Assembly (NCBI GenBank): GCA_951406725.2
Contig: OX597834.1
Coordinates: forward strand, 42,594,001 to 42,658,000
Length of the DNA: 64,000 nt
DNA from: Octopus vulgaris
Taxonomy: Eukaryota
Direction: 5' to 3'
Within the stretch, counting starts at the first letter, position 1; the number at the start of each line of letters is the position of its first letter. The notes beneath the pieces are model-generated. The model worked only from the letters and a program-made list of their open reading frames with translations. It did no database searches and was not told the origin of the DNA. Position numbers and translations under genes: made by a program. Below are positions 25,563 to 40,623 of this stretch, in pieces.

Positions 25563-25736
25563 TGCACATGAATATGATGAGCATAATACGATATATATGT
25601 TTTTCCATATGTTTCATATATCTTACGTACATGTGACCAATATACATGTATTATATATTAAATGATATAAGAAATATGTATTTTATATATAGTTTGTAAT
25701 ATATCCCAATATAAGTGTACTTATGGGTTAATGCGC

Positions 25737-25788
<52 letters not shown>

Positions 25789-25974
25789 ATACTTACATTC
25801 ATGGGGACATATATATTATTCAAATATATTGAGGAAGGCAATATGTTTATATACATGCGTCTATACCTGTACACATGTATGTTTCCATTTTCATGCGAAT
25901 ACCGATGGATTTGTAGTTATTTACATGCAGGTGTGTATGTATGTATATATTGATGCATATATATCTATATAGAT

Positions 25975-26809
25975 ATATGTATATATACATATAAATATGT
26001 GTGTGTATATCTATATGTATATATATGTGTATATATTTATGTATATATATGTGTATATATTTATGTATATATATATATGTGTATATATATATGTATATAT
26101 ATACATCTATGTGTATATATGTATATATATCTATATGTATATATATGTGTATATATGTATATGTATATATATATGTGTATATATGTATATATATCTATAT
26201 GTATATATATGTGTATATATGTATATATATCTATATGTATATATATGTGTATATATGTATATATATCTATATGTATATATATGTGTATATATATATATAT
26301 ATTTATATATATATGTGTATATATATATATATACATATAGACATATATTTATATATATAGTTGTGTATATGTATATATATGTGTGTATATATGTATATAT
26401 ATATATATATATATACTTATACACATATACGTATATATATGTGTGTATATATGTATATATATATATATATATATACTTATACACATATACGTATATATAT
26501 GTGTGTATATATGTATATATATATATATATATATACTTATACACATATACGTATATATATATGTGTGTATATATGTATATATATATATATATACATATAC
26601 ACATATATTAATATTTATGTGTATATGTATGTGTATATATTTTTGTATATGTATATATATACATATATATATATATACTTATATATATGTATATATGTGT
26701 GCATATATTTGTTATATGTATATATATACATATAAACATATATTTATATATATGTGTAAATGTATATATATACATATACACATATATTTATATGTGTTTA
26801 TATATGTGA

Positions 26810-26850
<41 letters not shown>
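25975..26850. repeat. Compound (TA/TG)n microsatellite with ~60-bp higher-order unit
   Basis: 60-nt unit containing TACTTATACACATATACGTA repeated three times at ~26365-26580. Confidence 0.95.
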
Positions 26851-26854
<4 letters not shown>

Positions 26855-27017
26855 TTCACTATATATGTCTGCATAAATAGGTACGTACTTATATACAATT
26901 CATCAAAATTTTTATAGACACTTAAGTATATTCACGCACATGAGCACACATATATATACGTGTATATATTCAAATACATGCAAAACTCTATGTGTACGAA
27001 AATACATAGAACATGAA

Positions 27018-27072
<55 letters not shown>

Positions 27073-27287
27073 AAAAAAAAGATATGTATACCCAGAGGCT
27101 TGCATATTTCCTATAAGCATTTGATGTAAAATGTCTACACACACACACACACATATATACATTCATAGATACATACAGTAGTATATATATATATATTTTT
27201 TTATGCATACCAAGAAAACACCGACTTGTCTATATAATTGAAGAGATTTTTTTAATAAAAACCTGCCTGTTTATAAAGGCATGTATT

Positions 27288-27328
<41 letters not shown>

Positions 27329-27682
27329 TGGTTGAGAGCTATTTTGTTCAGGACTTTCTGTGGACATGTGTATCCTATTGCAGCATGCCATTACCCACAG
27401 TTTGATTGGATAACTTCATATATCTTCAACTACAATTAAATATTATTCTTCCATGCTCACAGAAATGGTCTGAATAATAAATTTTAAGTGTACTTAATGA
27501 CGGTTTTCAATCTGTTAATTTTGATTTCATTAAAAAGGTGCTGTTATGTGATTCGGGAAAATATATGCAACAAGTGTTATAAGCCTTTTGGGGAAAATAC
27601 CTATGAAATATATTGACCCAGTAATACATACCGAAACCCGGATATTCACTCCCTTCCAACTTACTTTGGATAAGTCTTCTCA

Positions 27683-27736
<54 letters not shown>

Positions 27737-28133
27737 TGCATATACATTCACACAACACTAGTTGTGTAAATATATAGACGTAAAAACACACACTTGTTGA
27801 ATGTATTTTTATACAGGTTCAAATTATATAAGTAACGTGTACATATATAGATAGATACATACATACACACACACACACACACTCATATATATATATATAT
27901 ATATCCTATAATTATAAACATATAGAATTTATAAGCATATAGCATTTTTGTATAAGTTTACCGATAATGGTTCTTTAACATACCAAACTATTTGGTAAAA
28001 TTATTAATTAATTTTTAACCTTTATTATTATTATTGATTATATATATATATACATACATACATGTATTTAAATGTATATTTATGTAAACATATTTCCACA
28101 CATACCGTATATAAAAATATTCATGCACTCAAC

Positions 28134-28182
<49 letters not shown>

Positions 28183-28672
28183 TTACACGTATACATATCC
28201 GAATATATAGATACCTATGGATATATATATATATATACATATATATTGTCTATCAATCTATCTATCTCTCTCTCTATATATATATGGATATTGTCTATCT
28301 ATCTATATATATATATATGTATATTCGTAAGGGTATAAATGTATATATATCTGTAAGTGTATAATTGAATATATATGAGTAAGGGTATATATGTGAATAT
28401 TTGTGTAAGGGTATATATGTATGAGCATATACATATGTAACACTATTAGCAGTTTATATATATACCTGTTTCCTTGTATACATTTACAAATATACATATA
28501 TCCGTGTATATGTGCACATTTACACTGGTATTATGTGTATATATATAATTGTAGATATGCATAAATGTGCGCTTGTACCTATTTATGATGTATACACTTA
28601 TATTCATAAATATATTCGTATATATGGACATGGATTTATATACATACATGTATCTATGTATATATATATATA

Positions 28673-28990
28673 TATATAAGAGTTTCGCCATGGGCTCTTA
28701 GGAGCATAGTTCGATTTGTTTTTGCTCCGCCTCTGTTCTGTTTTTGTTTTTCCAACGGATTTCCTATTTTCTTCCTGAAGAGAAAGACACAATATGGTCC
28801 CATTATTCCATCGGATTTTGGTAATTTGTGCCTTTCGAAACACGTGTAGAATGAAATAAAACGATTTCTGTTCAATCTGCGTTCAGCTCCATTTCTTCAA
28901 TTCACCAATAATGTTCTAATTTCAATTATCCGCACCAACGCACGGTTGCAACACCATATGGTTGTACCTCCAACCGTGCTGTTTTACTGC
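28673..28990 (+). mobile_element. Putative Penelope-like element terminal repeat (pLTR) remnant
   Basis: TATATAAG, T-rich leader, hammerhead motif, then AATAAA at 28855-28860; starts at a (TA)n tract; right boundary approximate. Confidence 0.5.
28765..28858 (+). ncRNA. Canonical type I hammerhead ribozyme motif
   Basis: tattttcttc CTGAAGA gaaag a cacaa ... ttgtg c ctttc GAAAC acgt GTA gaatgaaata: helix I 9 of 10 pairs, G10.1-C11.1, 10-bp helix II base, palindromic ACACGTGT; predicted cleavage after 28848. Confidence 0.85.
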
Positions 28991-29062
28991 TGTGATTTTT
29001 GCTACTAAGGTATCGGTTAAACTTTTGATTAATCTACTACAAGATTATTCATCTTTCTATTT

Positions 29063-29102
<40 letters not shown>

Positions 29103-29173
29103 CACACATATAGTGTATATATGTGTTTACATATATGGATGGATATTTACATATTGATGTGTAAATGTGTGTG

Positions 29174-29204
<31 letters not shown>

Positions 29205-29211
29205 ACGTATG

Positions 29212-29246
<35 letters not shown>

Positions 29247-29647
29247 TCACATGTATATTGTAAATACCTGTTCATATGTTGCTGTATTCATATATATGTA
29301 TTATTGCAGACGGCACCTTAAGTTTTTGTATGTAACATATCTTGTTCAAGTTATACAGTTTTCGACAAAAGCAGGGGAATGTCTTCCTTTGTACATCAAA
29401 GCGTCTATCATATTTAATTTTCATAATCGTTGATTCCAACTCAAGAATTGTGGATGGTAAACGTCGCAATGTAGCGCATATTTTTTTTACCGTATTTCTC
29501 ATTTGCAATATTTCTCTCCAAAGAATCCTCATCAATGAACGTAACAGATAGAATCTTGAGTTTGCCATATCTAGTTCTTGCATTGGATGGCGGACCACTG
29601 ATTTGGTGATTTATCCGATTGCCTTATATGTCGCGAAATTAGTTTGT

Positions 29648-29880
29648 TATTTCTTCATTGCCCACAAGGGGCTAAACACAGAGTCGACAAACAAGGACAC
29701 ACAAAGGGATTAAGTCGATTACATCGATCCCAGTGCGTAACTGGTACTTAATTTATCGACCCCGAAAGGATGAAAGGCAAAGTTGACCTCGCCGGAATTG
29801 GAACTCAGAACGTAACGGCAGATGAAATACTGCTAAGCATTTTGCCCGGCGTTCTAACGTTTCTGCCAGCTCGCTGCCTT
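29648..29880 (-). mobile_element. Full-length SINE B with 17-bp target-site duplication
   Basis: TCGCGAAATTAGTTTGT at 29631-29647 and 29881-29897. Confidence 0.95.
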
Positions 29881-30537
29881 TCGCGAAATTAGTTTGTGTC
29901 CGTGGATTTTCACGATGAATGTGGATCCTTTTCAGGTTCCTGTTTGATCTCTTGTGCTTAACAGCTTCTCTGTGCTTTCCGCTTGCTTTTATATACTGCT
30001 TCCTGTTCCCAGCAGAGCCCCTATGTAGCAAATAGAGAAGAACGACGCCTTTGCCATCTTAAGAAACAGTCTCCACGACTCTGTTCCAATTGCTTTCTCT
30101 TAAACTTCTTTGACCTTCGAACGTAGAGTGACAACTTTCCATTGAATGAGACCTCATTTCCTGACCATCAAGATACGCATAGTTTTCATGCCGTGTCTCC
30201 CAGTCGTAAAGTAAAGGGACTTCATTGGCTACACATGCTTCCAAGCACATCGGAGAAGACTTTCACTTGTCCCTCTTCCCAATCAAATGCCTATTGGTGA
30301 GGTATCCACCTTTGATCGGATCAAGTTCGCAGTCTGTCTCGTCTTCACCCATACTTCCTCAAGAGCTCAATGCTAACATGTTTCTTCTTCTTGAAACTTG
30401 TAATTTGCCTGCAATGGAAAAGAGCAGAAAGAAAGTTAGAACAGAGATATAGTTAGATTAACAGCATGAACAATTTGAACGGCCTATATCTATTAAAACA
30501 GTATTAAAGCAGTAGAATTATTTTCTGTAGAACCCTA

Positions 30538-30568
<31 letters not shown>

Positions 30569-31187
30569 ATAAGAGAGAGAGAGAGGGGGAGAGTGTGTGT
30601 GGTGTGCATGTATGTGTGTGTATGTGTAAGTGTGTGTGTGTGTGTACACCCTCGCGTCACGTCGTTTTTCCATTGTGCAAAACCCAGTTGACTGATTAAT
30701 TGCCTTAGTATTCACATGAAACTTATCACATCGGGCAACAGAAGTTAATATGGCTATCACGATAGAATATCCTAAATGTAGTTGAGAGGTATGACGGCCT
30801 ATGTATGACTGTATGTACGAGATGAGTCTGTGTTTATGGGCTTGAACAAATTTCTGGATGAATTGGTTCCAAACTCGTTGCAGAGTAGAATTTGACTAAA
30901 TTCCTGCACTGTACAAAGGCTTAAACGGCGGGAGTTCAAACAGGGTCAAACAAGTTGGTATCAAAAATCACATCATATTCGCCCACTGCTAGTTATATAT
31001 ATATATAAAGAAAATAATATCACCAATCGACTTTTGGGAAGTTTAGATTGATCTATGAATGATGTCAGATAGCAGAAGCTAATATAAGCTTCAAACGAAT
31101 ATTGGGGCCGAAATTTTATCTCCTCTCCACAATTTGAGCCCCAAACACTTGTTAAAAATCCCCAAACAAATTTTTGTGTATGTATGT

Positions 31188-31709
31188 ATTCTTTTATTCA
31201 TTTGACTGCGGCCATGCTGGAACACCGCCTTTAGTCGAGCAAATCGACCCCACGAGGTATTCTTTATATGTCTAGCCTCTTGCCGAACCGCTAGGTTACG
31301 GGGACGTAAACACACCAACCTCGGATGTCAAGTGATGGTGGCAGGGACAAACACAGACACACAAGCATATATACACACATACATACATACATACATAGCC
31401 GAAATTGCAAAGATAATCTGGAACTCGACTGAGGATATAAAGCTCCAAATGACCTATCCTTGTTTTCTTTGTATCGTCTGTGTGCATATTTTGCTGTCCC
31501 TTTCTTGTATCACATGACTGTCTGGATGTTTTGCGTTCTTGTCCCATTTTGTATATATATATAGCAGTTTCCGGCTACCAATCCACTCACAAACCTTTGG
31601 TCGGCCTGAGGCTATAGAAGACACTTGCCCAAGGTGCCACACAGTGGGACTGAACCCATGACCATGTGGTTGGTAAGCAAGCTACTTACCACACAGTCAC
31701 TCCTGCGCA
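31188..31709 (-). mobile_element. SINE A interrupted in its microsatellite by ~150 bp of unrelated sequence
   Basis: Tail 31188-31370, head 31566-31709, insert ~31398-31550. Confidence 0.8.
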
Positions 31710-32327
31710 TCAATGAATGCATGTTATTATTTAGATTTATTTCAAGACTTCATGCCAATGGACGAAGCATCGGTTTCTTACCTAGATCCAAAGTTCCTTC
31801 ATTGCAATTTCAACATCAACAACAGGGTAACTTTGTATCTATGTATGTACGCATGTTTGTATGTATTTATCTATATATATAGAATTGTATGTTTTGTTGT
31901 ATGTATGTGTATATATATATATATACATGCGTTCTTATTTGTTTCTTTTTATGTAGGCGGCTTTTTGGGATGGTAATTATCTATGCATACAATAATACAT
32001 GCGTAATTCTATATACTGTATATATTTCAAGATTATGCTGTTGTATATTTATCAACGTAAATGAATGTGTGTGTGTGTGAGTGTGTCTATATATATATAT
32101 GTGTGTGTGTGTATGCTCGCGCGCATGTATGTATTCATACAAAAGTTAGTACAATATAGCCAGTCATATTACAGTTATGTATGTGCAAAATATCTAATAT
32201 ATCTATAATTGTGTGTGTGTGTGTGTGTGTGTGAAATAATATAATTGCACAACTGTATAAATTCCTTCTACATCTATATTATCGTATTCAAACACAATTA
32301 TGAGAATCTGTCAACCTGTAAGTTTGC

Positions 32328-32363
<36 letters not shown>

Positions 32364-32453
32364 AAGAGAAAGGGGGAGTGATGCGAATTAATATGTATAT
32401 TTTTACATATAGGTAAATATGTGTAATTTGTATGTTTGAATGTACATATATGA

Positions 32454-32510
<57 letters not shown>

Positions 32511-32639
32511 AACACATGTACACATATATGCATATACACAGACATATATATATATATAAGATATATAGTTCAAATTTACTGTAAATATATCTCTGTATAT
32601 CGGTTTCTAGAAATATGATGAAAAGTACTATAATCGGTT

Positions 32640-32905
32640 ATGTATGTATGTGTGTGTGTGTGTATGTATGTATGTGTGTATGTGTGTATGTATGTATGTA
32701 TGTATGTGTGTATGTATGTATGTATGTGTGTGTGTGTATGTGTGTGTGTGTGTATGTATGTGTGTGTGTATGTATGTGTGTATGTATGTGTGTATGTATG
32801 TGTGTATGTATGTGTGTATGTATGTATGTATGTATGTATGTATGTATGTATGTATGTATGTATGCATGCATGCGTGTATGTATGTATGTATGCATGTATG
32901 TATGT
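32640..32905. repeat. (TATG/TG)n microsatellite
   Basis: Direct reading. Confidence 0.95.
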
Positions 32906-33124
32906 TTCTTTCTTTCTTTCTTTCTTGTCCTGTTGCATGGAATCGATTTACATTTCTTTGCTTCCCCCCTTCCCCCTGTCACGCTGTAGTTCTGATTCCG
33001 TTTTAGATTTACACGTGTCTCAGAAAATCCCAGCTACGTGTACAGAGAGTGAGTTGTTTATTTGAGCGAACAGTGCAACCCGTATTTTCGGAAATTGTCA
33101 CCGATTCTTTCATTCATTCACGCT

Positions 33125-33484
<360 letters not shown>

Positions 33485-34742
33485 AAATCCTTAAATCCTT
33501 AAAAATGTTTTAGCCCGAAGGCCGCGGCCATGCTGGGGCACCACCGCTGAATGAGCCACACTAGTCTGTGAATCCACCTCTGATACGTGGCACTTGATCA
33601 ACAAGGGAGTTCGATGCTGCTGCCCGCATCCGTGTCTCCTGTCGTGAGGTAGGTTCATCTGGGACTCCCAACAAGAAGAGATCCAGTTTAGTTTTAAAGA
33701 AACCCACATCCACACCATGTAAGTCTCTCAGGCATTTAGGGAGGATGTTGAAAAGCTGTGGTCCTCTGAAACCCAAGCTGTTGCAGTATCTGGACCTGTA
33801 TTTTGATGGTGATGTTGGAATCCTTGGCACCACGCAGCGGCGCCCGTTCTGCGGTTGGAGTAACTTTGAATGCCAAAGTTTGGGACAAGACCCTCCAGGA
33901 TTTTCCAGATGTATATTACTGCATATCTCTCCCGCCTCCGCTCCAGGGAGAAGAGGTTTAATACCTTCAGTCTTTCCCAGTAGCTGACATTTTGCATTGA
34001 GACGATTTTCTTTGTGTAGCTTCTCTGAGTTGCTTCGAGTTCTGCTGTTTGTTTTATATTGTGTGGTGACCAAAGTTGGGAGCAGTAGTCCAAGCGGCTG
34101 AGGACAAATGTTTTCCATAGGACCATCAGTGTCTCCTTCTCTCTTGTTCTGAAAGTTCGGAGAATCCATCCAGCTAGCCGTCTGCATTTTATCACCAGAT
34201 TAGCAATATGCATTTGGAAAGATGCATCATTGCTCATGTCAATGCCCAGGTCACGCACTGATTTTGACTCAGGGATTGCAATTCTTCCTGGGCCAGTGTA
34301 TCCAGTCTTCACGTCATTTACCTTTGTGTGCCAGTAGCGCAGGGCCTGGAACTTACCTGCATTAAACTGCATGTTGTTGTCCTCAGCCCACCTGTATATT
34401 GTGTCCAGCTCATGTTGCAGATGCGCAATATTTTCAGGGTTCTGTATTGCGTGGGAGACCTTTGTGTCATCTGCATAGCTAGCAAGGGTGGTCATCGTAG
34501 CAACTGAAGGCATGTCTGAAAGGGCCACTATGAACATCAGTGGCCCCAAGACAGTGCCCTGTGGGACACCGCTTGTTGTTTGCGTTTCCCTGGAGGTGGC
34601 TCCATTGCTCACAACTGCCTGTTTTCTGTCTTTTAGGAAGTTGTGCAGCCACTCTCCAAGTTTCCCGCCTATGCCGAGACCACGCAGTTTGTGACAGATC
34701 ATACCATGGTCGACTTTATCAAAGGCTTTTGCAAAGTCAAAA
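33485..34742 (-). mobile_element. 5'-truncated CR1-group LINE: reverse transcriptase C-terminal half plus 3' UTR
   Basis: [54 protein letters not shown]; single frameshift near 33845, stop at 33561; ends in 8-mer repeat (TAAGGATT)2. Confidence 0.95.
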
Positions 34743-34743
<1 letters not shown>

Positions 34744-34791
<48 letters not shown>

Positions 34792-34858
34792 CATATATAC
34801 ATACATATATATATATATATACATACATATATACATACATATATATATACATACATAT

Positions 34859-34905
<47 letters not shown>

Positions 34906-35098
34906 CATATATACATATATACATACATATATATATACATACATATATACATACATATATATATATATATATATACATACATATATACATACATATATAT
35001 ATATATATATATACATACATATATACATACATATATATATATATATATATACATACATATATACATACATATATATATATATATATATACATACATAT

Positions 35099-35131
<33 letters not shown>

Positions 35132-35168
35132 CATACATATATACATATATATATATATACATACATAT

Positions 35169-35199
<31 letters not shown>

Positions 35200-35283
35200 C
35201 ATACATATATACATACATATATATATATATATATATACATACATATATACATACATATATACATACATATATATATATATATA

Positions 35284-35349
<66 letters not shown>
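34744..35349. repeat. (TA)n/(TACA) compound microsatellite flanking the LINE 5' end
   Basis: Same TACATACATATA unit as 33125-33484. Confidence 0.95.
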
Positions 35350-36072
35350 CTCTTTTATACGCTTTTACTTGTTTCAGTCATTTTGACTGCGGCCATGCTG
35401 GAGCACCGCCTGTAGTCGAGCAAATCGACCCCGGGACTTATTCTTTGTAAGCCCAATGCTTATTCTATCGGTCTCTTTTGCCGAACCGCTAAGTGACGGG
35501 GACGTAAACACACCAGCATCGGTTGTCAAGCAATGCTAGGGGGACAAACACAGACACACAAACACACACACACACATATACATATATATGTATATACATA
35601 TATACGACAGGCTTCTTTCAGTTTCCGTCTACCAATATATTGTTTTATTCTTTTACTTGCTCGAGTCATTTGACTGTGGTCATACTGGAGCACCGCCGTA
35701 AAAACTGTTAGTAGAAGAAATCGCCCTCAGGACTTATTCTTTGCAAGTCTTGTACTTATTCTAGCGGTCCTTTTGCCGAAACACTAAGTTACGGAACATA
35801 AATACACCAGCATCGGTTGTCAAGCGATAGCTGGGGCGGAGAAGCTCAGATACACACACAAATATACACATACACACACACACACATATGCACACACAAA
35901 TATATATATTTATATACACGATGAGCTTCTTTCAGTTTTTGTCTACCAAATTCACTCACAAGGCTTTGGTCGGGCTGAGACTATTGTTGAAGACAGCCAC
36001 ACAAGGTGCCACGCAGTAGGACTGAACTCGGAACCATGAGGTTGGGAAGCAAGCCTCTTACCACACAGCCAT
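35348..36072 (-). mobile_element. Two tandem SINE A copies (35348-35634 5'-truncated; 35645-36072)
   Basis: Two tails CAGTCATTTGACTG...GGAGCACCGCC; head at ~35990-36072. Confidence 0.85.
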
Positions 36073-36079
36073 TCATGCA

Positions 36080-36147
<68 letters not shown>

Positions 36148-36499
36148 TAGGAACATAAGACCATACTTATCTATCCATTTACAAGCATATCTATCAGTCT
36201 ATGAAGCTGTCTTGTGTGTGTGTGTGTGTGTATACATACATCTGATTATATAAATTAATAATTAAATGAAACTGACATTTCACCCTCCACATGTTCATTA
36301 CCGAGCAGAGAAAACGGATATCGTTTCCTCCTAATTCGTTTTTCCTCGGAATGCTGTAGGTTCAGTTTTAAAAAATCCTTAAATACATCTTAAGCTTTTA
36401 CAACGGGTCACTTTGTCTTTTCCCTTTCCACCTTCATATCCCCTAACTATATGGAGAACCATTGGTCATAATGATCACTCACTTTTACTGTGATGAAAC

Positions 36500-37800
36500 T
36501 GGTTGTCGTTGTTATAACTTTATTCTCCCACCTTCCTTTTTGCTCTACGCAAATGATTTAAATACCGCTACATGCAACAAAACCCTTTCAAATGCAGATG
36601 ACGCGATCTTTGGGTCCCTTTCAGTTTCCTTCACCATGCAACATCCACATCCGAACTAATCGTCACGCTCCAAGTCTGTATTAATTGCATGAACGGAGAC
36701 TTTGAAAGTATCCTCTCTTTTTACGCTTGTCTCTTCTAACAGCAAAATGTCTCAAGTGTTACTTGTATCACGAAGACATTAATGTATCTTACTCCCTCTG
36801 AATGCGAGCAGTGCCCAACTGAGGCCCATCCGTTGGGTGACTGTGGAGAATTAGTGAGACGGTAGATAATGTGTCGTGGAGGCGCAATGGTCCAGTAGAT
36901 AGGGCAGCGGAATCGAGGTTTGAGGATCGCGGTTTCGATTCCCAGATTGGGCGTTCTGTGTGTTTATTGAGCGAAAACACCTAAAGCTCCTTCGCCCCAA
37001 CTTTCTCTCACTCTCTCTTACTGTTTCTTGAGTAACGCTGCGATGGACTGGTGTCCCGTCCAGCTGGAGGGGGGGGGGCACATACGCCATAGAAACCGGG
37101 AAACCGGGACCATGGACCTGGCTAGGCTTGAAAAGAGAAAGAAAGAAAGATAATGTGTCACTCTTGGAACTTTTGCTATATTGGTGGGTGTGAGTTTATT
37201 CAGGTATTGTTTTCTACATTGGCATCAGGTCACATGTCTCTAAAAGAAAAGACAAAATCATTAAAATTGCCCTTGGTACACATGGCTGGTACTCATTTTA
37301 TCGCAATTAGACGGATGTAATAGATATATGTGTCCGTCGGGATCTCTTCAGATGAAAATAAAGGAGGTCACATCATTTGCATTCCTCCGGCCGCATTCCA
37401 TGTGAAAAGGCCTTTTCTTTAGGGCCAGAAGACATTACAGCCCTTAACAGCTGTTAACACTATGCAAGGCTCAAGTAAGGCCCTTAGGGGATTATTGCAT
37501 TCACATTCAGGATGATGTCGCTGCTACTCACACTGATGCCCTGGATCGTACATAGAGAGGGTCCACACGGCTGATTAGATCTCTCTTACTACCGAAACGC
37601 TCTGGCCTCTGGCCTTCGTGCCTATTTGTGTTTCGTTCGCTGTCTTTTCTTTTGCTGCTTTCGGAGGTGGTTGACTTCACACTTTTATCGCTCGGGTTCC
37701 CGTCCTTCACTTCTACCCCTTGCAGAAACCTTGGGAGTAGTGAACCACTTCCTCTCCTCAGCATCCACTAAGTCCAATCTTTCGTTCCCGGATTATCCAC
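36500..37800 (+). mobile_element. Old decayed LINE RT fragment interrupted by SINEs
   Basis: FLLYANDL...NADD (RT motifs) at ~36535-36605; QLLTLCKAQVRP..DYC.HI...ALDR at ~37445-37550. Confidence 0.6.
36876..37147 (+). mobile_element. tRNA-derived SINE family C with 12-bp TSD
   Basis: GGAGGCGCAATGGTCCAGTAGATAGGGC head, GGTTTCGATTCCC B-box, GATGGACTGG..TCCCGTCCAG motif, (GAAA)n tail; TSD AGATAATGTGTC at 36864-36875 and 37148-37159. Confidence 0.92.
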
Positions 37801-37910
37801 CTTCACAAATTAGTAACAGTTTAAAAGAAATATTAACAGGAACAGTCTCAGCAATCTTGGAGAACTTGTAAGGGTCAACGGTCTTGGGCACCGACTCTTC
37901 CTTCATACAG

Positions 37911-37950
<40 letters not shown>

Positions 37951-38524
37951 ATACTCGGCTAATGAGCCGAAACTTCGATGTCGCTGTAATTCTTCTTGAA
38001 AAAGTGTTTTTTTTGTTTTGGTAGGCATCCGTCGGTCTCAAGAGATCATGGATCTGCGCCTGGGGATAAAATCACAAGCAATACACAAATGCATGCATAT
38101 ATACATATGTGAGTGTGTGTGTGTATGTATGTATGTATGTATATATATATATATATAGATATATATATTTGTGCAGATATATATATGTAATATGTAAACA
38201 GGTACATATTCAAACAATACACAGGAGAACGCGCGTGTGACTAGTGTTGATTGTGAAGGTGTTGTTTACGTTGATGGCACTGGCGAGGGTCAGGGTACCG
38301 ATAGTGGTACTGTGGTGGTGGTGATGGTGGCGGCGGCCGCGGTGGTCTTAGTAGATTCGCCACGTATCTATATTTAAGCTCATCATCAGGAATGCCAAAC
38401 ACACTTTTGAAGTTTTATTCCGTTACAGTAAACACACACACACACACACACACTGGCTGTCCAGACCTTCGCTAACGTGTATCTGTCTGTGAACGTATGA
38501 ATCGCACACACATACATACATACA

Positions 38525-38576
<52 letters not shown>

Positions 38577-39290
38577 TATATACATATATACATATATATA
38601 CATACATACATGTATATATATACATACGTGTATATATATACATACGTATATATATATACATACGTATATATATATATATACACACACACACATACATACA
38701 TACATACAAATATATATATATATATATATACATACATGCACACACGTTTTACGTGTGACTGCGTCTGTGTAATTTATTACGCAATCTGCTGCATGTATGT
38801 TTGTATAGTACACACCCACATTGTGCCTCTGTGTGCATCTACGATTTATAAACACTCACTAAGTGTACGCTGTGTGTATGTATGTATGTATGATTTATTG
38901 CGCGTGGTCGGCTGTGTGTACCATTCATATACACCCACTGCACGTGCGTCTCTCACTTATGATTTATGTATAGATTCAGACAGCGTGCGTTTATGATTTA
39001 TATATACACACGCTGACATTCGGTGCGTCAGTGAGAAATTACGTATACATTATACACACGTCCTTGATGTTATATACGCATATATTATGTGTTTGATTTA
39101 TATGCACACACGTTACGTGCATTTCTGATTTATATATAGACATTTAGTGTGTTTGTAATTTAGATATATATACACACATTACCTTTCAGTATGATTTATA
39201 CGCATATACATTACATGTGTTTACTGTTTACATATTTCAAATGTATACAATGGATGGGTGTGCATGTGTATACATACATACATATAAATG

Positions 39291-39321
<31 letters not shown>

Positions 39322-39392
39322 ATACGTACCGTACATATATATACATATATATATACGTACATATATATACATATATATACGTACATATATAC

Positions 39393-39458
<66 letters not shown>

Positions 39459-40623
39459 GTACACACATTCAATACATAATGTTTACACTTTATATATAGA
39501 CACGTATATTGCACCTGCTTTGATGTATATTCATAAATTCGTGTTTACTATATATATTACGTGTACTTACACGTCTGTGCGTGTGTACACACGAATTTAT
39601 AACTTATATACATGCACATGTAATGCTTTATACGTATATTTCCTGTGTGTAGAACACACACATACGCACACGCGCGCATACACTTTAGCTATCGCTCTAA
39701 CCCGTGGTGGTATTATTTGTTTGTAGTAAAGAGACCGAGTTCAGTCATGTTTAACAAAAGTTATAAGCACAATTGATACAGTGTACCTAAGACTACAATA
39801 TCGAATGTGTCAAGTTCCTTTAAGTTGGAAGGATAGGATTGGAATAAATGGCTAGTAAGATTTCTTGGAAATCAATCCACCATGTTGAGGCGGTTTCTTG
39901 GCCACTTTTGTTTGTGGGCTAAAGAGCAGCAATGGATCAGTCGTTACCGAGCAGACCTCTGGTCAAAAGTCCGTACTACTGTGTCCATCCTATGCATTTC
40001 CATAGCCAGACCTTACAATATCCAATATGTCCTTCCTTTCTTGAAGATGTTATGGAGCGAGGCAGTTGAATAATATTTTCCTGCAGTTTTTAGCAGATCG
40101 AATGACCATACAGGGTCTCTTACGATGACTTAGTTTTTTTTTGTCGTTGTTGTGTAATCTTAAATCAACCTCTGTGAGTCCATGTCGATGGCTCAGCCAT
40201 CGAGGTGGATTCACAAAGGCATGGACGCTTCTATGTGGTCATTCCAAAATATGTAGCTTCGAAATTAGTCCTACGTCGTGGGGCATTAGACAGGCCATTG
40301 TTCCAAATGAGGCTATTGATGCCTAATGTCTCATAGCGTGGAATATTAGCCATCGATAGCCCCAGGCCGATCAATGACCTGTTTATGAAATTGACTAACG
40401 GAGACTGTACGGAACCATGTCATTTGTGTGCGTACGCTGTGTCTCTGTCTATGTATGTATGCTTGTATGAACGTGTCCTTGTATGTATCAATTTCTATAT
40501 CTATATGGTTGTCTATAACTACCTCTTTGTGAGTATGGGTGTCTATATGTGCATGGAACTATATCTACACACCCATACACAAATATATATTTATACAAGG
40601 ACACACATACATGTTCATATACA

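Noticed and set aside
27957-28000. Possible hammerhead remnant TTTACC...GGTAAA
   Set aside because: Lacks both CUGANGA and GAAA.
29272-30452. Unique-looking sequence with 60-108 aa ORFs
   Set aside because: No recognisable motif, interrupted by a SINE, stops in the more protein-like frames; a BLASTx would be needed.
34743-35320. N-terminal part of the 530-aa ORF 33728-35320
   Set aside because: Microsatellite read in frame with the truncated RT; not a real fusion protein.
36876-36950. tRNA-like heads of SINE families A, B and C
   Set aside because: No complete cloverleaf; they continue into SINE bodies with TSDs.
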